A stretch of DNA of 64,000 nucleotides from a virus, in IMG/VR virus record IMGVR_UViG_3300047585_000208, positions 1-64,000 of that record. One strand, given 5' to 3'. Of this stretch, positions 17,030 to 26,818 are shown in pieces. A model generated the notes under the pieces. That model made no database searches and was not told where the DNA came from. It saw nothing but the letters and a program-made list of their open reading frames with translations. Positions within the stretch are counted from its first letter, which is position 1. Each line of letters opens with the position of its first letter. The position numbers were made by a program, and so were the translations under genes.

Positions 17030-17293
17030 ATGGATATAAACTATTTAGGAGACGGCTCTGGCGAAGCTAGCGGTTACGGCGATTCGGCTGGTAGGGGTGG
17101 TGTTGAGGACACCCCCTACGGCCTGGCTGACGGAACCGGGCCAATCTGTCGACTTGGCCAGAATTTGAGTGACGGCGGCCACGGCACTGGGCTAGCTAGC
17201 GGCGCAGGTTTCTCCACTAGCTCGGGTAGCGGCTACGGCTACACTCAAGGAAACGGTGGTACCAATAGTTTAGATTTCTCTATAAACCTATAA
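17030..17293 (+). CDS. Gly-rich mini-protein
   Basis: ATG 17030; GDGSG..SGYG repeats. Confidence 0.6.
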   Translation: MDINYLGDGSGEASGYGDSAGRGGVEDTPYGLADGTGPICRLGQNLSDGGHGTGLASGAGFSTSSGSGYGYTQGNGGTNSLDFSINL

Positions 17294-17328
17294 AGCCCGG
17301 GGCCACCCCGGGCTCCTTTTTCCTTTTT
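17294..17328 (+). terminator. intrinsic terminator
   Basis: AGCCCGGGG-CCA-CCCCGGGCT followed by T-runs. Confidence 0.8.
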
Positions 17329-17399
17329 CTTAGTTATTATCTGCCCTATACTTGAAGTAGCTATCTGAGTAATGCATTACTCAAATTTTGGAGCCGATC

Positions 17400-20300
17400 A
17401 TGGCCTTGGTTTTAAGTCAGTCAACAGTTTTTAGCGAATTTAACTCCTTGCCGATCCCTCCAGTGATCGCGGCAGCGACTAGCTGTCATGTCAGCGGTGG
17501 GCAAGCTGAGCTTCATAGGTACAGTCAACCTTCCGAAAAAGAAGGAATCTCCCTTGGGTCCTATAATCCACTCGCTAATACTAGCTACCCTTGGCCAAGC
17601 CAGTCTCCTGGATCGATTGTTGACCTGAGCTTTGTTCAGCTCTACATCGATAACGCCTACCTTCAATACTTCTATAACCCGTCTTCTGGCGCAGACACAA
17701 TCGCCCCGGTACCGAGTTATCAAAACCAAATCAAGTCTGCTGCAACAAACTGGGTAGCAAACGGTACCCTTTATCCGCGAGCTGCGGCTCTTTATGACCG
17801 AAATGTTGAAGTTGGCGACTGGGTCTTGGTAACGGGGGGTGGAGCTTCAGTTTGGAGCTCGATCGCGAATATCCTGCCGACCCAGCTCCCCGGCTCTGTT
17901 TCCTCGGCTGTTCCTGCCAGCACTAATCAAGCTTCCCAGTCGCTGACAGTGACTACTACTCAGATCGCCGGATCTGACAATTACATTGATCTCTCTTCTA
18001 GCGCGAGTCTTTATGACGGCTCAGCTACTGGTGATATCAATGAAACTTACACAATTACAGTTACACAGGCTTCTGTCGGTGGCGACGCTACAACTGCGTT
18101 GCTAAACGTAGCTTCTGCTTCTGGTCGCGATAACCAAGCTTCGGTTAAGCCTTTGGCTTTTGGAACTGCCTTCGCTATTGGTACCCGCGGCCTTCGCTGT
18201 ACTTTTACTAACACCAACACCGGTAACACGCTTACTCCTGGCGCCTCTCCGAACAACTTTATCGTTGGGCAAGTCTGGACTGTCGCGATTCAAGAAGCTT
18301 GGACCGCGCCTATTGCAACTGCTGGCGGAACTTACACTGGAACCGTCAACCAACAGTACATTTGCACAGTAACCCGTGGCGGCCTTTATCAAAATCAACA
18401 GCCTATTACTGCCCCCACTGTCGTTCCAACTATTAATGCAACCGGCGGTGGTTCAACCGGCGGGTTACTCCAGGCTGGAACTTATTTTCTGAAGTACACC
18501 TGGGTAAACTCAAACGGTGAATCGACACCTAGCCCAGAATCGACTGTATTCTCTGTATCGGCTGGAAATATCCCTCAAGTTACACTTCCAGCTTTGCCGA
18601 CGGGCGTAACCAGCATTAGCCTTTACGTCACGCCGACTAACGGCCTCGCGGGTACCGAAATTCAGTACGCGACCGGTATTACTACTCTGACTTATAACCT
18701 TGCTTCAGCTGTCTCGACTGAACCGCCGGCTAGCAATACAGCTTACGGAGTTCTAACTGCTCCTGTTTCTGCGGCTGTTGTTAACCCGACCGGTGGCGGT
18801 GCTAGCGGCGGTGCTCTTCAGGCTGGTACTTTTTACCTCAAATATACCTACACGAATTCGGCTGGTGAGACTGCTCCAAGTCCGGAATCTCTTCAGTTTA
18901 CGGTCGCAGCCGGAAATCAGCCTTTAGTTACGCTTCCAGCTCTTCCTTCTGGTGCAACTGGGATCAGTTTGTACATTACACCTCCTGGAGGAGCTAGCGG
19001 CAGTGAGGTTGTCCAGTACGCGACCGGAATCAACTCTACTAGCTACACAATGGCTTCGGCGACTTCCAAGTTGCCGAATAGTTCTAATACGACTAGCCCG
19101 ACTGTAACTAGCCCAGCCACTACCCCGACAGTTACAGCGACTGGCGGTGGCACAACTGGTGGAAGCCTTCCAGCTGGGACCTATTACCTCAAATATTCTT
19201 ACACGGGAACTGCCGGCGAAACCTTACCGAGCCCTGAATCTGCTGCTTTCACAATCGCAGCTGGTAATATTCCCCAGGTTACTAACCTCCCGTCCTCGGC
19301 TCCAACTAACGCAATTGACTTCCGCCTTTACCTGACTCCGGTCGGGGCTGGTACTGGAACTGAAGTTTTCTATTATCAGTCGACTGGCTCTTGGGCTGCG
19401 ACCTATAACATGTCGGCCGCTTTCCCAACAACCGCCGTCACTGTACCTGTTTCGAACACGACTAACCCAGTTATTTCGGCCCCATCTGCGGCTGCTACTG
19501 TGGTTGCTACTGGTGGTGGTGCTTCTGGTGGTCTTCTTCCTCCGGGCACCTACTACCTTAAATATTCCTATTCTGGAAAAGGCGGCGAAACGACTCCTTC
19601 ACCAGAATCTTTAGTTTTCACAGTTGCAGCTGGTAATATCCCCCAAGTTACTCTTCCAGCTCTACCTACGAACTCAACTGCGATCAACCTCTACCTCACG
19701 CAGCCCTCTGGCGGAAGCAATACTGAAATCCTTTACGCTCAGGGTGTTACGACAACGACCTATAACTTGTCGTTGCCGATGCCGATTCATCGCGCGCCCC
19801 CTGGACCCAATACTTCTGCGACCTTTACTATCACTAATCCTAGCGTTGCGCCAACAGCCAACGCCACAGGTGGTGGAGCAATTGGCGGAAATCTCTCGGC
19901 CGGTTCGTATTATCTGAAATACTCCTGGGTTGGAGACGTAAACGGAGAAACTCTACCTTCCAGTGAAATCTCCTTTTCTATCGCGGCTGGTAACATTCCT
20001 GCGATTACTGTGCCGACTTTGCCGAATGGGGTTGCTGGCGCAAACATCTACATTTCGCAGCCAGGCGGAAACTCTGGAAGCGAGACTAAATTCCCGTCTA
20101 CAAACGTTAGCGCTGGCCCGACGATCAACCTCAACGCAACTGCAACGAGCGCTTTGATCAACCCCCCGCCTGCGACGAATACTTGCACTTCACTGCAAGC
20201 TAATCCGAGTCCTCCGCAGATAACTGCAGTAGCTAACTCCTCGACTGGGGGTTCTTCGGCTGGCCCTGTTAGTGTTACAGCCGCTGCTTCAAATGTTGCA

Positions 20301-22019
20301 GTTGGCACTAACGGAGTTTTGATTCAGTTCAGCGGAAGCGGCCTTGATAAGGGTGATGTTTATACGATCCAGGCTTCGGCACCTTCGGCCGGACCTTACC
20401 GAACCCTTGTCCTGAACAACAATCTTCCATCTGCGATCCAGAACTCTTCTTCGCTTGCGGTGACGCTATTCCTCAAGGAAGACCTTCAGATTCCTCAGCA
20501 AAGCCTGGCTTCTCCGCCAAACCTTAATTGGTCAGCCACGGAGAACTTGTTTACTATCAACGCCGGAATCTTGGCTTACAGTCCGACTCTAACCAATAAT
20601 GGAGTTCCTTTTGCTGTTCCGGTTGTGTCGGGTACGGACACGGATTGTTACGCGAACTATAGGGCTTGGCTTACTACTTACGCAAATTCCATTAGCTCGC
20701 TTCAGGTGACCAGTGGTGGTCCTAACGGCTTCACTGCGTCCGACCTTGCCACGATCACCGCTGCCCTTGGAACGATTGATCCAGATAATCCGTTGTGCTT
20801 CGGAGTCTACGAAGCACTCAATAACTCTAATTCTCAGCCGGTTTACTTTAGCGCGACCGGTGATCCGACTGTTACTGCGAATTGGGAAAATATCCTCGCA
20901 ATGCTGATCGGGAATAAGAATATCCGGCAGCTTGTGCCTCTTACGACGAACTCGGCTGTTCTAAGTCTGTATCAGCAACACATCGATACTCAAAGCGCTT
21001 CTACTGTGAGCGGTGAATGGCGATTTGGTTTGTTTGCGCTGTCGGCCATTACTACGATTCCAATTGTGACTATGGCGACTTCTAGCAATATGGAAGTTGT
21101 TAGTGCTGTCATTAATCAGAATCCTGCTGTGGTCGGTACTGCTTATACCTACTTGACGGACACCACGCTGAATGCCCACTTTGTGACGAATGGGGTTTTA
21201 CCTGGTGACACGGTCAGGACTCTTTATACTCAGGATGCTTTTGGAAACGTTACGTTCAGCTCTTTCACTGTGGCTTCGGTTGTCAATGAAGATACGCTGA
21301 TCCTTGTGGCCGGCCCTGCTTCTGCGGTTACGACGACCCAAAGGACTGAAGTCTGGCGGAATTTGTCACCAGACCAAATTGCTGAGAACTTGGCTGCGCA
21401 GATTGTCGCGACTAATGATGCTAGGATTGCTTGGGTTTGGCCAGATCAGATTAATGTGAATGGGGTGACGGTTCCTGGGTATTTCTTGTGTGCTGGTCTT
21501 GGCGGGTTCATGTCTGGAATTGCGCCACACCAGGGGATCAGGTTTGTTGGGATTAGCGGGTTCGATGCTCCAGTTTTGCGGTCGACCGTGTTCTTTAGCC
21601 AAGCTCAGCTGAACATTTTGGCTGCGGCTGGGGCGATCATTGTAACGAGTGATTCGCTAGGTGACGTCTATCCGATGCTAGCGACGACGAGCGCACAAGC
21701 TGCGCCGTTGTCAATGTCGTTGGAGCAAATCGTTAGGACGTTGGACGCAGTGAGTTACTTGACCTATTCCATGATGTCTTCCTATTTTGGGAATGCCAAT
21801 GTGACTTCGGGCACTTTGGCCTCTATGAAAACGGATGTTCAAGCTGCAATTAATCTCGCGATCTCTGGAACGCTTATCACCCGTATAGGTAGCATGATTA
21901 ATAGCGGAACAATTGTTACATTAGCCCAGAGCCCGACGATTCTGAACTCGACGACTTTGTCTCTTTCAGTCACGTATAACTATCCTGACGATAACGCGAT
22001 GGTAACGCTGGTGTTCTAA
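17400..22019 (+). CDS. tail sheath protein with five inserted Ig/FN3-like repeats
   Basis: Sheath-like C-terminus (PGYFLCAGLGG...PHQ...FSQAQLNIL..AG...VRTLD...G.ANVT); directly followed by a tube-sized gene. Confidence 0.75.
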   Translation: MALVLSQSTVFSEFNSLPIPPVIAAATSCHVSGGQAELHRYSQPSEKEGISLGSYNPLANTSYPWPSQSPGSIVDLSFVQLYIDNAYLQYFYNPSSGADTIAPVPSYQNQIKSAATNWVANGTLYPRAAALYDRNVEVGDWVLVTGGGASVWSSIANILPTQLPGSVSSAVPASTNQASQSLTVTTTQIAGSDNYIDLSSSASLYDGSATGDINETYTITVTQASVGGDATTALLNVASASGRDNQASVKPLAFGTAFAIGTRGLRCTFTNTNTGNTLTPGASPNNFIVGQVWTVAIQEAWTAPIATAGGTYTGTVNQQYICTVTRGGLYQNQQPITAPTVVPTINATGGGSTGGLLQAGTYFLKYTWVNSNGESTPSPESTVFSVSAGNIPQVTLPALPTGVTSISLYVTPTNGLAGTEIQYATGITTLTYNLASAVSTEPPASNTAYGVLTAPVSAAVVNPTGGGASGGALQAGTFYLKYTYTNSAGETAPSPESLQFTVAAGNQPLVTLPALPSGATGISLYITPPGGASGSEVVQYATGINSTSYTMASATSKLPNSSNTTSPTVTSPATTPTVTATGGGTTGGSLPAGTYYLKYSYTGTAGETLPSPESAAFTIAAGNIPQVTNLPSSAPTNAIDFRLYLTPVGAGTGTEVFYYQSTGSWAATYNMSAAFPTTAVTVPVSNTTNPVISAPSAAATVVATGGGASGGLLPPGTYYLKYSYSGKGGETTPSPESLVFTVAAGNIPQVTLPALPTNSTAINLYLTQPSGGSNTEILYAQGVTTTTYNLSLPMPIHRAPPGPNTSATFTITNPSVAPTANATGGGAIGGNLSAGSYYLKYSWVGDVNGETLPSSEISFSIAAGNIPAITVPTLPNGVAGANIYISQPGGNSGSETKFPSTNVSAGPTINLNATATSALINPPPATNTCTSLQANPSPPQITAVANSSTGGSSAGPVSVTAAASNVAVGTNGVLIQFSGSGLDKGDVYTIQASAPSAGPYRTLVLNNNLPSAIQNSSSLAVTLFLKEDLQIPQQSLASPPNLNWSATENLFTINAGILAYSPTLTNNGVPFAVPVVSGTDTDCYANYRAWLTTYANSISSLQVTSGGPNGFTASDLATITAALGTIDPDNPLCFGVYEALNNSNSQPVYFSATGDPTVTANWENILAMLIGNKNIRQLVPLTTNSAVLSLYQQHIDTQSASTVSGEWRFGLFALSAITTIPIVTMATSSNMEVVSAVINQNPAVVGTAYTYLTDTTLNAHFVTNGVLPGDTVRTLYTQDAFGNVTFSSFTVASVVNEDTLILVAGPASAVTTTQRTEVWRNLSPDQIAENLAAQIVATNDARIAWVWPDQINVNGVTVPGYFLCAGLGGFMSGIAPHQGIRFVGISGFDAPVLRSTVFFSQAQLNILAAAGAIIVTSDSLGDVYPMLATTSAQAAPLSMSLEQIVRTLDAVSYLTYSMMSSYFGNANVTSGTLASMKTDVQAAINLAISGTLITRIGSMINSGTIVTLAQSPTILNSTTLSLSVTYNYPDDNAMVTLVF

Positions 22020-22048
22020 TCGAGTAATGCATTACTCAAGGATTTAAT

Positions 22049-22591
22049 ATGGCTGTGCCTGTGCCATTAGACGTTTTCGGAGCAGTGCCACTTAATTTCG
22101 GCGGAAGCTTTTCTGCTGATAGTGCTATCTTCACGTTCGGTACTGGAGGAGCAGTTGTAGACGGTGGTGGTACTGTTTCTGGCGCTGGGGTAGGTTTGCT
22201 TACTCAGAGCGTGTCGTTCAGTTATCAGCAGCAAATTACAAGACTTTTTGAAGTTGGCACTCGCTCGACTTATTTCATCTCTGGACGTAGTAGCGGGTCT
22301 GCACAATGTCAGCGCGTTCTAGGCCCCAGGCCAATTATTGTAAGTTTCTACACAGTTTTCGGGAATGTTTGTAAAGCAGCTACAAATAACCTAAGTGTTA
22401 CGATTGCTTCAGGTTGTAACGCCCCTGTGAGCGGTAATCTTGTTAACACGCTTAACGTAGGCCAGTCAACGACGTTCTATATGTTGGCGTGCGTCATCAA
22501 CTCGCTATCGTATAGCACGACAGCGGAGTCAATGATCATCTCAGAGTCGCTGTCATTGATGTTCGTTAGTTTGCTATTAAGTCAGCCTTAA
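22049..22591 (+). CDS. putative tail tube protein
   Basis: 180 aa after the sheath; L.QS....YQQQI.RLFEVG....Y...G...GS...IISES.S pattern. Confidence 0.7.
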   Translation: MAVPVPLDVFGAVPLNFGGSFSADSAIFTFGTGGAVVDGGGTVSGAGVGLLTQSVSFSYQQQITRLFEVGTRSTYFISGRSSGSAQCQRVLGPRPIIVSFYTVFGNVCKAATNNLSVTIASGCNAPVSGNLVNTLNVGQSTTFYMLACVINSLSYSTTAESMIISESLSLMFVSLLLSQP

Positions 22592-22764
22592 TAACCGATT
22601 CTATGTCGGGATGCTGTAACTCGTTTAATCTGCCGTTTTTACCACGGCCAGTTGTCAATTTTTTGTCTCGACCATCTCAAGTCGCATCTAGACTAAAATT
22701 ATTAAAGTGATCCGTTCACCTTACTGGGGCACTGCTTAATCGGCAAACCCATTTTGGACAAAAA

Positions 22765-25347
22765 ATGTTTCAAGCCTCAGATCCTCGGCCCTACGCGCTT
22801 GAACTTCAAGGACTTCGCGATTCTCCGTCCCCAACCACTCGTCCCTTCCGTGATCCAACAAACTCTTTCAATCGGCACAAACTCGACCTAGGCGTCGAGC
22901 CGTCATTCATATTTGCTCGCATAGTCGATTACGTAGCTCAAAGCCATTGTTACAAATGTCAATTGAGCAGAGGCGGCCCCATCATCATGGCGACCGACTT
23001 GACCCATACTTCTCTTCAAATAACCGGCGCCTCCTCTATAGCGACCTACTCTCCTGGCACCGGCGTTTTCCTTCTGTATCATCCCCAAAGTACCGTTGCA
23101 TTTATTTTAGGCTGCCTGCCGGATTTCTCCTACGACCCCACAATCGGCCTTTCCGATCTCCTAGTTCAGGGTTCAAACGTTGGCCTACGCTCTGACGTTG
23201 TCCATACCTTCCCATTTAGCTTTCCACAAGGGGGTAACATCGAGGATCGGTCAGCTCGAAGGCCTTTCGACTCCCTCTCAGGTGAATGGGGAGCAATGAG
23301 CGAACTAGGCGTAGGCGTCCTAGTCGACAGCTTCATGGCCTATTTGCGAGCAGATGAGGAAACTGGCTTTTTTGCCTTCTACCATGACCAACTCGCTCGA
23401 ATGGCTGGTCACAACTTAGAACTCCGCTCCTCTGGTCACGTCAGAACCGAATACGACGATCAAAATGAATTTGACGGAGTATCGGGTTGGAGTCCGTACC
23501 TATTTGAAGCCCGTGGTGCGTTCTACCCAAATAAGCAAGTCTTTCGCGAGCTCGGTGCCGCCGATGCTCAGCAGCAAACCCCCTGGTATTCCGCCTATGA
23601 GCCCTTCTATGACGACCAACTAGCTTTCAACCGAAGATCTAACTACACCGGCTACTTAGGCCAAGGTGGCGCTTCTACTGTGGCTGTACCACCTATCGGG
23701 GTCAGCCAAAACGAAATCAACCGGCTGTCCGTTCCGCAGATTTTCCCGGGAGTATTCGAAGAAGGGGTAGGACTAGACGGCTCTGTCGCGATCCGCAGTG
23801 CTAAAGGAATCTTCATTTCCAAGCGACCTTTGATTCCTCTGCCAAAACAGCAAAAGCTTCCAGATGACCCAACCGGCGACACCGACCTAAACTACAAAGC
23901 GGCCGGTATTTACGGAGATGGCCCTGATCAACTAGTCCATGACCTTCCTCAGCCAACTGTAGGTGGTTCTGCTTCGCGAGCTGCTGGAATCATGGACCTT
24001 TACGACTTCACCTACAATTGGCAAGCTTGGCGTAGCGGTTTTCAATATCACACTCTCGACTGGTATCTCCCACAAGAATCAGCCATGCCAATGGCTGGCA
24101 ACATGCAAGCCGGCATTCCTTTTTACGGCAATCTCTCTGCGAGTCAATATCTTCCTGCTCCAGCTCCTTTCACGATGGCTGTTGATGAAAGATACGGCAA
24201 TGTAATGTACTTTCCCAATAACTCGCTGATCGCGCTAATGGAAGATGGCGGGCTGATGTTTGTCGATGGCTGGGGCAGCGAGATTTTGATGTCAGCCGGA
24301 TCGATTAGGCTGTCCTGTGCTGGGGATGTATTTGCGGCACCGGGTAGGAACTTCAACGTGTGGAGCGGCTACGATACTGAAATCAAGGCCAATAACTGCG
24401 TAGATATTTCTGCTAACCAGGGCAGCATTCGCACGAAAGCTCAACAGCAGCATATGGCAGTTGCTGGAAATGGCGGGTGTGGCGGGTTCCTGTTTGAAAG
24501 TAGAGCTGCTACTGGACCAGGTTATACCTATGACCCAAACAATCCGATTTCAAACGGCTTCAATGTAAGGTGTCCTGCGAGTCCTGTCGTAATGATGGGT
24601 CAGGATATGCTTTTAACAACCCGATATCCTGTGCAAGGCAACCACATTGTCATAGACGCTGGAACGGCTAAGACTATTCTTAATGGTGAATACGTTGAGG
24701 CTCAAGCAACTGAGGCTGTAACTTTGATTACTGGTGGAGCTGTTCATGAATTCTGGAACGGCTACGTAACACTAACTGGCGACACGAGCGTAGATGGAAA
24801 GATCGTTGTTTCGAATTGCGGGTTATTTGGGACTTCGGTAGCTGCGCCTCAAGTAGCAGCTAACTTGAACATATACGACGGAACCACATCGGCTATTGTT
24901 TCAACTGCGGTAGCAGATATAGCTACGAGAGAGTCTGCTCTTGCTAGTTATGCGATTGTTGCGTCTTTAGACGTTACTGAGCTCGTAACTACTGCACCAG
25001 CTCTTCCAACCGTTCAATTCGAATGGCGAGATGCGCCGGACTACCTCACAGAAGGTTTCGTGTATTATGAATCCCGCTGGCAGCAGGTAGCTAGACTAAC
25101 TGGTCAAGGGCTTCCGGGCTGGGTTGAGAGCGCTTCAGTTGACGCTTTCGGTAACAGAACGATGCCGTACCCTGGAATCAGCACTTGGACGGCTGAAGAC
25201 AGCTATGCCACTCAAAATCTGAATATCCATGACCAAGTTACTGATATTGCTCAAGACCGGGGTAGCTTGTATGAGACAGCTACTTATGCTGTTCCCGAGT
25301 TTATTACATTAAACGGTAATTACTCAGTAATCTCAAATGCTGAGTAA
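22765..25347 (+). CDS. putative baseplate spike (gp5/VgrG-like)
   Basis: N-terminal OB-like segment and later short beta-repeat stretches; tail module context. Confidence 0.4.
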   Translation: MFQASDPRPYALELQGLRDSPSPTTRPFRDPTNSFNRHKLDLGVEPSFIFARIVDYVAQSHCYKCQLSRGGPIIMATDLTHTSLQITGASSIATYSPGTGVFLLYHPQSTVAFILGCLPDFSYDPTIGLSDLLVQGSNVGLRSDVVHTFPFSFPQGGNIEDRSARRPFDSLSGEWGAMSELGVGVLVDSFMAYLRADEETGFFAFYHDQLARMAGHNLELRSSGHVRTEYDDQNEFDGVSGWSPYLFEARGAFYPNKQVFRELGAADAQQQTPWYSAYEPFYDDQLAFNRRSNYTGYLGQGGASTVAVPPIGVSQNEINRLSVPQIFPGVFEEGVGLDGSVAIRSAKGIFISKRPLIPLPKQQKLPDDPTGDTDLNYKAAGIYGDGPDQLVHDLPQPTVGGSASRAAGIMDLYDFTYNWQAWRSGFQYHTLDWYLPQESAMPMAGNMQAGIPFYGNLSASQYLPAPAPFTMAVDERYGNVMYFPNNSLIALMEDGGLMFVDGWGSEILMSAGSIRLSCAGDVFAAPGRNFNVWSGYDTEIKANNCVDISANQGSIRTKAQQQHMAVAGNGGCGGFLFESRAATGPGYTYDPNNPISNGFNVRCPASPVVMMGQDMLLTTRYPVQGNHIVIDAGTAKTILNGEYVEAQATEAVTLITGGAVHEFWNGYVTLTGDTSVDGKIVVSNCGLFGTSVAAPQVAANLNIYDGTTSAIVSTAVADIATRESALASYAIVASLDVTELVTTAPALPTVQFEWRDAPDYLTEGFVYYESRWQQVARLTGQGLPGWVESASVDAFGNRTMPYPGISTWTAEDSYATQNLNIHDQVTDIAQDRGSLYETATYAVPEFITLNGNYSVISNAE

Positions 25348-25369
25348 TGCATTACTCAAGGAGTCCAAA

Positions 25370-26398
25370 ATGGCAGAATTTAAAGTGCACGACCGTCGTC
25401 CTAGCCCTAAACTGGCGCCTGGCCAAGACAAACTCGCTGAAATGATCAAAGCTGGGCCGCTTCCGTTTAAGCCTGGTACGGTTCTGCATGCTAGCGAAAG
25501 TCAAGACCTAAAGGTCTTGGGTTGGGAAGAAGGTGATCCTATTCCGGCTAACTTCGCTAAAGAAGTAGCTAAAGAGAAGGAGCTAGCTGCGGCGGACTTC
25601 AAAGCTGAAGTAAATAAGCTAACAAAGCTTCCCAACCTCAAGCTTCCCCCTGAAACTCGTATTGGCGACCTGCCCAGGGAACACCAGCAGCGGCTCTCTA
25701 AAGCTCTCCAAGACTATAAAGAGATGCTTCCACAGCTAAAGAAAAGCCAGGAGAGTCAGGCAGCTTTGCCTCCGCATATTGCTCAGGCAGTAGCTCAGAT
25801 TCAAAGTGCTGTAGAAGAACCAGTTGTGAAAGAAGAAAACAAGGAAGAAACTAACCCCGAGAAGCACGAGCACTGTCCGCGCTGCTTTTGGGATGTTAAG
25901 CAGAAAAATGTAGCTGAACCGGACATGATCGACAAAATGGTCTTTACAGCCGCCATTTTGGGAGGGTTACCGTTCAAGAAAGATTACTCTTTCCTTAATG
26001 GAAAGCTTGTTGCGGCTTTTAGGAGCGCCAGCACCTCAGCTATGTCTCTATTGTCTGACCAAATCAGCCATGACATGAAAAACGGCAAGATTGGCAGCAT
26101 TGACGACGCTTTGCGCCTCGGACATAATTACAGGCTCGCGATCAGTCTTGATTACATTGCTTGCGATGGCCAAGTTACTAAAATTGCTCCTGGAGTAGAC
26201 GAAGCGCTTAGCCAGCCAACGGACGGAAATGAAACTCAGCTGCCTAGGATTGTCGAGCAGCTCAAAGAAACTTCTCCGCTAAACAACGAATTTACTTGGG
26301 ATCTTCTTCTTGGAGCTGTAACCAGGTTCATCGCTATTGGTAGGACACTCCAGGACAGGGCGCATAAGCCGGATTTTTCGATAGCGACCGAAGCCTAA
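25370..26398 (+). CDS. putative tail assembly chaperone
   Basis: AAGGAG before ATG 25370; CPRC; ends with a G GAT TTT slippery site; lies upstream of the tape-measure-like gene. Confidence 0.55.
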   Translation: MAEFKVHDRRPSPKLAPGQDKLAEMIKAGPLPFKPGTVLHASESQDLKVLGWEEGDPIPANFAKEVAKEKELAAADFKAEVNKLTKLPNLKLPPETRIGDLPREHQQRLSKALQDYKEMLPQLKKSQESQAALPPHIAQAVAQIQSAVEEPVVKEENKEETNPEKHEHCPRCFWDVKQKNVAEPDMIDKMVFTAAILGGLPFKKDYSFLNGKLVAAFRSASTSAMSLLSDQISHDMKNGKIGSIDDALRLGHNYRLAISLDYIACDGQVTKIAPGVDEALSQPTDGNETQLPRIVEQLKETSPLNNEFTWDLLLGAVTRFIAIGRTLQDRAHKPDFSIATEA

Positions 26399-26418
26399 GC
26401 CTGCTTCGCGAGTCGCAC

Positions 26419-26817
26419 ATGCGGAAGCTTTTAGACTTCCGAGAGGCTCAGTTCCAAGACCCCGATTGGTGGTTACTAGTCAGCTGGACGACTGACTGGG
26501 TAGAACAAACTCTGCTCAACGAGCTTTTGGAGCTGAGCCACGACCTAAATCTAGCAGTAATGGATTACTCGCTAGAGCAAAAAGCCTTCGATACGCACTG
26601 GGATCGCGCTAATACCATACGCGAAGCCGTTCAAAAGCATAAGCTTCCATGGATCGAGACTAAAATTAAGGGAGTCTCTCGCGGAGAGACAAAGAGCCTT
26701 ATTGCGCAGTGGAAAGCTATCTTTGGTGATCCTGAGGACCCAGAGGTCGCAAAGAGAATTGAACTAACTGTATTGCGCATGCGGCAAGCGTCTCAGCAAG
26801 TTTGCGAGGTAAACTAA
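26419..26817 (+). CDS. putative frameshift extension (gpT-like) of the tail chaperone
   Basis: In the -1 frame relative to the upstream ORF and open from 26368. Confidence 0.5.
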   Translation: MRKLLDFREAQFQDPDWWLLVSWTTDWVEQTLLNELLELSHDLNLAVMDYSLEQKAFDTHWDRANTIREAVQKHKLPWIETKIKGVSRGETKSLIAQWKAIFGDPEDPEVAKRIELTVLRMRQASQQVCEVN

Positions 26818-26818
26818 C

